Below, piece after piece: positions 61,557 to 64,000 of a stretch of 64,000 bases of DNA. The DNA is taken from assembly GCA_964344135.1 (NCBI GenBank), contig CAYFMF010000003.1:442-64441 (forward strand), written 5' to 3'. The stretch comes from an uncultured Piscirickettsiaceae bacterium (GTDB lineage: Bacteria; Pseudomonadota; Gammaproteobacteria; GCF-002020875). Made by a program: the position numbers and the translations under genes. A model generated the notes under the pieces. That model ran no database searches and was not told where the DNA came from. It saw nothing but the letters and a program-made list of their open reading frames with translations. Within the stretch, counting starts at the first letter, position 1. Each line of letters opens with the position of its first letter.

Positions 61557-61826
61557 CTACAGCGCTTTCTGGACTACACTTGCCCTGACCATCCGCGGAA
61601 ACAGCCTTAGAACATCATCAACGGAGATCAGACCGTTATACATTGTAATCTCCCTTCTCTTCACCAGCTCCTGGATAATGACCCGCCGGACCTTCAGAAT
61701 CTCACACAGAAGGCAGGATGACATGAACCTTTTATTGCACCCATCGCAACTGAGCTCAATGGAGCAACCATTAATCAACTGATCCAGCTCTCTCTCAGAC
61801 ATACAATTCAAACCCCCTCTCTTCAT
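61557..61826 (-). CDS. Hypothetical small Cys-rich protein
   Basis: 89 aa (or about 81 aa from MSERELDQ). Cys pattern CSIELSCDGCNKRFMSSCLLC. Between fccB and soxA. Function unknown. Confidence 0.35.
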   Translation of the reverse strand: MKRGGLNCMSERELDQLINGCSIELSCDGCNKRFMSSCLLCEILKVRRVIIQELVKRREITMYNGLISVDDVLRLFPRMVRASVVQKAL

Positions 61827-61870
61827 CTAGAACTCCTGTCCCAATCATCACTCCAGTAGCAGCGGACGTA

Positions 61871-61917
61871 AATACGTATAACTACGTATTGATGCAAATG
61901 ATTCTCGTTACTATAAT
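61871..61917 (+). promoter_or_regulatory. Consensus-like sigma70 promoter (TTGATG-17-TATAAT) with an abutting 8-4-8 inverted repeat operator candidate
   Basis: aatacgta-taac-tacgtatt overlaps the -35 ttgatg (61889-94). 17-nt spacer. Perfect -10 tataat (61912-17). Confidence 0.5.
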
Positions 61918-61923
61918 GAAGCC

Positions 61924-62006
61924 ACATTTAGAGAGTAGTCGTTGAGTTTCCTCCCATAGATTGACGACTGTTGTTGCCGGCATATCAATGATATGCCGGC
62001 TTTTTT
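61924..62006 (+). ncRNA. Candidate small RNA, about 80 nt, between the promoter above and an intrinsic terminator
   Basis: The transcript would contain stem agtcgt/acgact enclosing a UUCCUCCC loop, then terminator gccggcatatcaatgatatgccggc plus TTTTTT (61976-62006). There is no + strand ORF for it to serve. Confidence 0.35.
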
Positions 62007-62013
62007 AACGGAC

Positions 62014-62045
62014 AAAAAAACCCGGCCATTGCTGACCGGGCTATC
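62014..62045 (-). terminator. Intrinsic terminator for soxA (minus strand)
   Basis: Minus-strand reading agcccgg-tcagcaatgg-ccgggtt followed by TTTTT. Confidence 0.5.
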
Positions 62046-62096
62046 GTCTTAATGGATTGTCGTCACAGGGTGAATCTGTGACAAGCTCCCAGAAGG

Positions 62097-62957
62097 CTAC
62101 TTGCGATAGGCAGGACCATTAAACTCCAGACCATTACTCATATAGGTATGGAAGTACTCCAGGTTGCGATACTCCCTGCTCTGGGCCTTGAATGGCTTGG
62201 CGCGTACCTGCTTGTTACACCCCCCGAAACGGCGGTGCAGGGTACCAAAGCCATCACCCGACTTGGACTTGCCTGACCACTTGGCACGGAATACCGGGAA
62301 ACCTGTGGTATGCCCCAATGCGGGAGAGAGCAGATCGGCACGAATATGCTGGCCTGACTGATAGACGTGGCAGTCCGCACAGGCAAGGTTGAGCTGTCCA
62401 CGCTTGGCATAGAAGAAGCGCTTGCCATCCTCATAGGCTGCCAGCGCCTTTGGATCATCAGGAATCACTACATTGACCTTTTGGCCACGCGCCTCATAGT
62501 TGATATAGGCTGAGAGGTGGGCCATCTTGCCCTTTTTCCACTTCAGTGGCTTCTCGCCATTCTCCTTACGACACTTGTTGATGTCCCCCTCGAGGGTCAC
62601 AACCTCACCACTCTTGGCATCCCAGTGTGGATAGCGGACACGCACTGCAGCAACATCATCTCCGAAGCAGCTGGCATAGCCATTACCGTTGGCAAAGGGC
62701 TTGTTCCACTCCTCTTCACCCTCTTCCACAAACTGCTCATAGGGGGGGAACTCCTCGATGGCCTCCCACTGCTGGCGAAAGGTTGGACTGATTGAGTAGA
62801 CCCCATTCTTGAAGTCACCCATCTCGGTCTGCGGGAACTTCTCTACAAAGTAGGCACGGAAGGCCTTCAAATCTTCTTCAGGGGTTGCGTGCACATTGGC
62901 TACAGCCATAGTCAGGGCGACAGCACATACACGCTTCAGGATAGTCCCGGCATTCAA
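62097..62957 (-). CDS. soxA: Sulfur-oxidation c-type cytochrome SoxA
   Basis: 286 aa. Signal peptide, heme motif CADCH, conserved SoxA C-terminal region. Downstream of soxYZ. Confidence 0.8.
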   Translation of the reverse strand: MNAGTILKRVCAVALTMAVANVHATPEEDLKAFRAYFVEKFPQTEMGDFKNGVYSISPTFRQQWEAIEEFPPYEQFVEEGEEEWNKPFANGNGYASCFGDDVAAVRVRYPHWDAKSGEVVTLEGDINKCRKENGEKPLKWKKGKMAHLSAYINYEARGQKVNVVIPDDPKALAAYEDGKRFFYAKRGQLNLACADCHVYQSGQHIRADLLSPALGHTTGFPVFRAKWSGKSKSGDGFGTLHRRFGGCNKQVRAKPFKAQSREYRNLEYFHTYMSNGLEFNGPAYRK

Positions 62958-63065
62958 AACGTTCTCCTTTGGTTGTCATCATTTCCCCTCCCACCGTTTT
63001 GGTGGGAGGGGTTCCAGGTTTTGGCAATCTTCTCTTTCAATACCTACAGGGTGCAGGCAGTGAAC

Positions 63066-63380
63066 TTATTTTGCTGCCTTGCTTCCTGTTGCACTCTCTC
63101 CCTTGTTGTCGGTCCAGGTGACGCTAATCTTGTCACCCTTCTCTCCCGCGACCTTGAATCGCAGATAGGGGTTCTTCGAGATTGTGGAGTTGAAGTCCGC
63201 AGTCATGAAGACAGCACCGTTCTTCTCCGCAGTTACTGTCTGGATAAAGTGTTCAGGAATCTTCTCACCTGTCTTCTTGTCCTTTCTCAGACCGGTCTCC
63301 ATTGGGTGACTCATCAGACACTTGATGTCAATGACACCCTTTTTTGCCTTGGCTCTCAGCTTTACTGCTTTCTTTGCCAT
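63066..63380 (-). CDS. soxZ: Thiosulfate-oxidation carrier complex protein SoxZ
   Basis: 104 aa. Typical SoxZ size and sequence (IKCLMSHPMETG...FKVAGEKGDKISVTWTDNKG). Confidence 0.8.
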   Translation of the reverse strand: MAKKAVKLRAKAKKGVIDIKCLMSHPMETGLRKDKKTGEKIPEHFIQTVTAEKNGAVFMTADFNSTISKNPYLRFKVAGEKGDKISVTWTDNKGESATGSKAAK

Positions 63381-63437
63381 TTTGTTTTCCTCTAATTTTT
63401 CTGTTTATTCCATAGTGGGATATGCAGGCACTGCCTA

Positions 63438-63881
63438 CTAGCCACCACATCCGCCGATGGTTACCTTGACCTGTGTCTTGGCGTTCACGGTGCCCGATGC
63501 GGTCTTGACTACGCCATAGACATCACCCGTCTTGCCCATCTTGAGACGGGTAGAGACATAGGGAACAGCACCTTCACTAAGGTGATAGGTAGCGGCAAGT
63601 GGGCGCCCATTGGCAGCGGCGACAATACTGATGCTCTCGACGATACCGTCAATACTGGTGGCATCAACTGTTACCGGTACAACTGCGCCATTCTCAGCAA
63701 TCTCCGGGGCCTTGATCTTGACAGCACCACTGGCATCACCTACATCAGCAAATGTGTCAGCCTCCATTACCGCTGTTGGCCAGGCAGCCAGTACAGCACG
63801 TGGGGTCAACAGGCCGGCGCCCAGTGCAGCTGTAACCGCACTACCGGCAAGTGTTCCCTTCATAAACAATCTTCTTTTCAT
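63438..63881 (-). CDS. soxY: Thiosulfate-oxidation carrier protein SoxY
   Basis: 147 aa. Tat-like leader RRLFMKGTLAGSAV. Invariant C-terminal swinging-arm motif VKVTIGGCGG. Confidence 0.9.
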   Translation of the reverse strand: MKRRLFMKGTLAGSAVTAALGAGLLTPRAVLAAWPTAVMEADTFADVGDASGAVKIKAPEIAENGAVVPVTVDATSIDGIVESISIVAAANGRPLAATYHLSEGAVPYVSTRLKMGKTGDVYGVVKTASGTVNAKTQVKVTIGGCGG

Positions 63882-64000
63882 CTTATTCTCCTTCTTAGTA
63901 CATGTATTCCACAGTCTGAAATTGCAATCCTCTTGATGACAACCGCGGAACTACAGACTGTAAATAAAATCCGTCACTTTGTCGATCTCTGATTCACTCA

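Overview
This window is a 64-kb chromosomal segment from a high-GC (about 60%) Gram-negative bacterium, most likely a gammaproteobacterial sulfur oxidiser. The basis for that guess is the presence of soxYZA, flavocytochrome c sulfide dehydrogenase (fccAB), an Rnf complex and many c-type cytochromes. Most of the window is well-conserved housekeeping backbone. This includes class I fumarase, hda-pgsA, purMN, mrp/metG, rnfABCDGE-nth, secDF-yajC-tgt-queA, nfo, gdh, a yejABEF-like peptide ABC transporter, fabI, ppiD, tRNA-Val/Asp, lon-clpX-clpP-tig and acs. I see no CRISPR array, insertion sequence (IS), integrase or phage genes. Three patches look accessory or novel. (1) At 28.0-34.7 kb a SET-domain protein, two secreted low-complexity Pro/Gly/Tyr/Met-rich proteins, a Cys4 mini-ORF and a 30-bp-stem hairpin surround a three-gene two-component module made of a NarL-type regulator, a HisKA-only protein and a hybrid kinase with a periplasmic SBP-like sensor. 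The two low-complexity proteins are candidate sulfur-globule-like or copper-binding structural proteins. (2) At 53.7-59.3 kb there is a periplasmic and membrane electron-transfer island immediately upstream of fccAB/soxYZA. It contains a diheme cytochrome c, a NapC/NirT tetraheme, a periplasmic ankyrin-repeat protein, a Tll0287/DUF3365-like heme protein and a CbcL-like nonaheme-c/diheme-b fusion. (3) At about 61.87-62.0 kb there is a candidate small RNA with a consensus sigma70 promoter, an operator-like inverted repeat, a CCUCCC loop and an intrinsic terminator. Other oddities are an orphan TolC plus truncated adaptor plus thioredoxin operon, a 21-bp in-frame tandem duplication in secF, and 23-bp tandem repeats across the acs stop codon. 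Coordinates I derived by hand, rather than taken from the ORF track, may be off by 1-3 nt.
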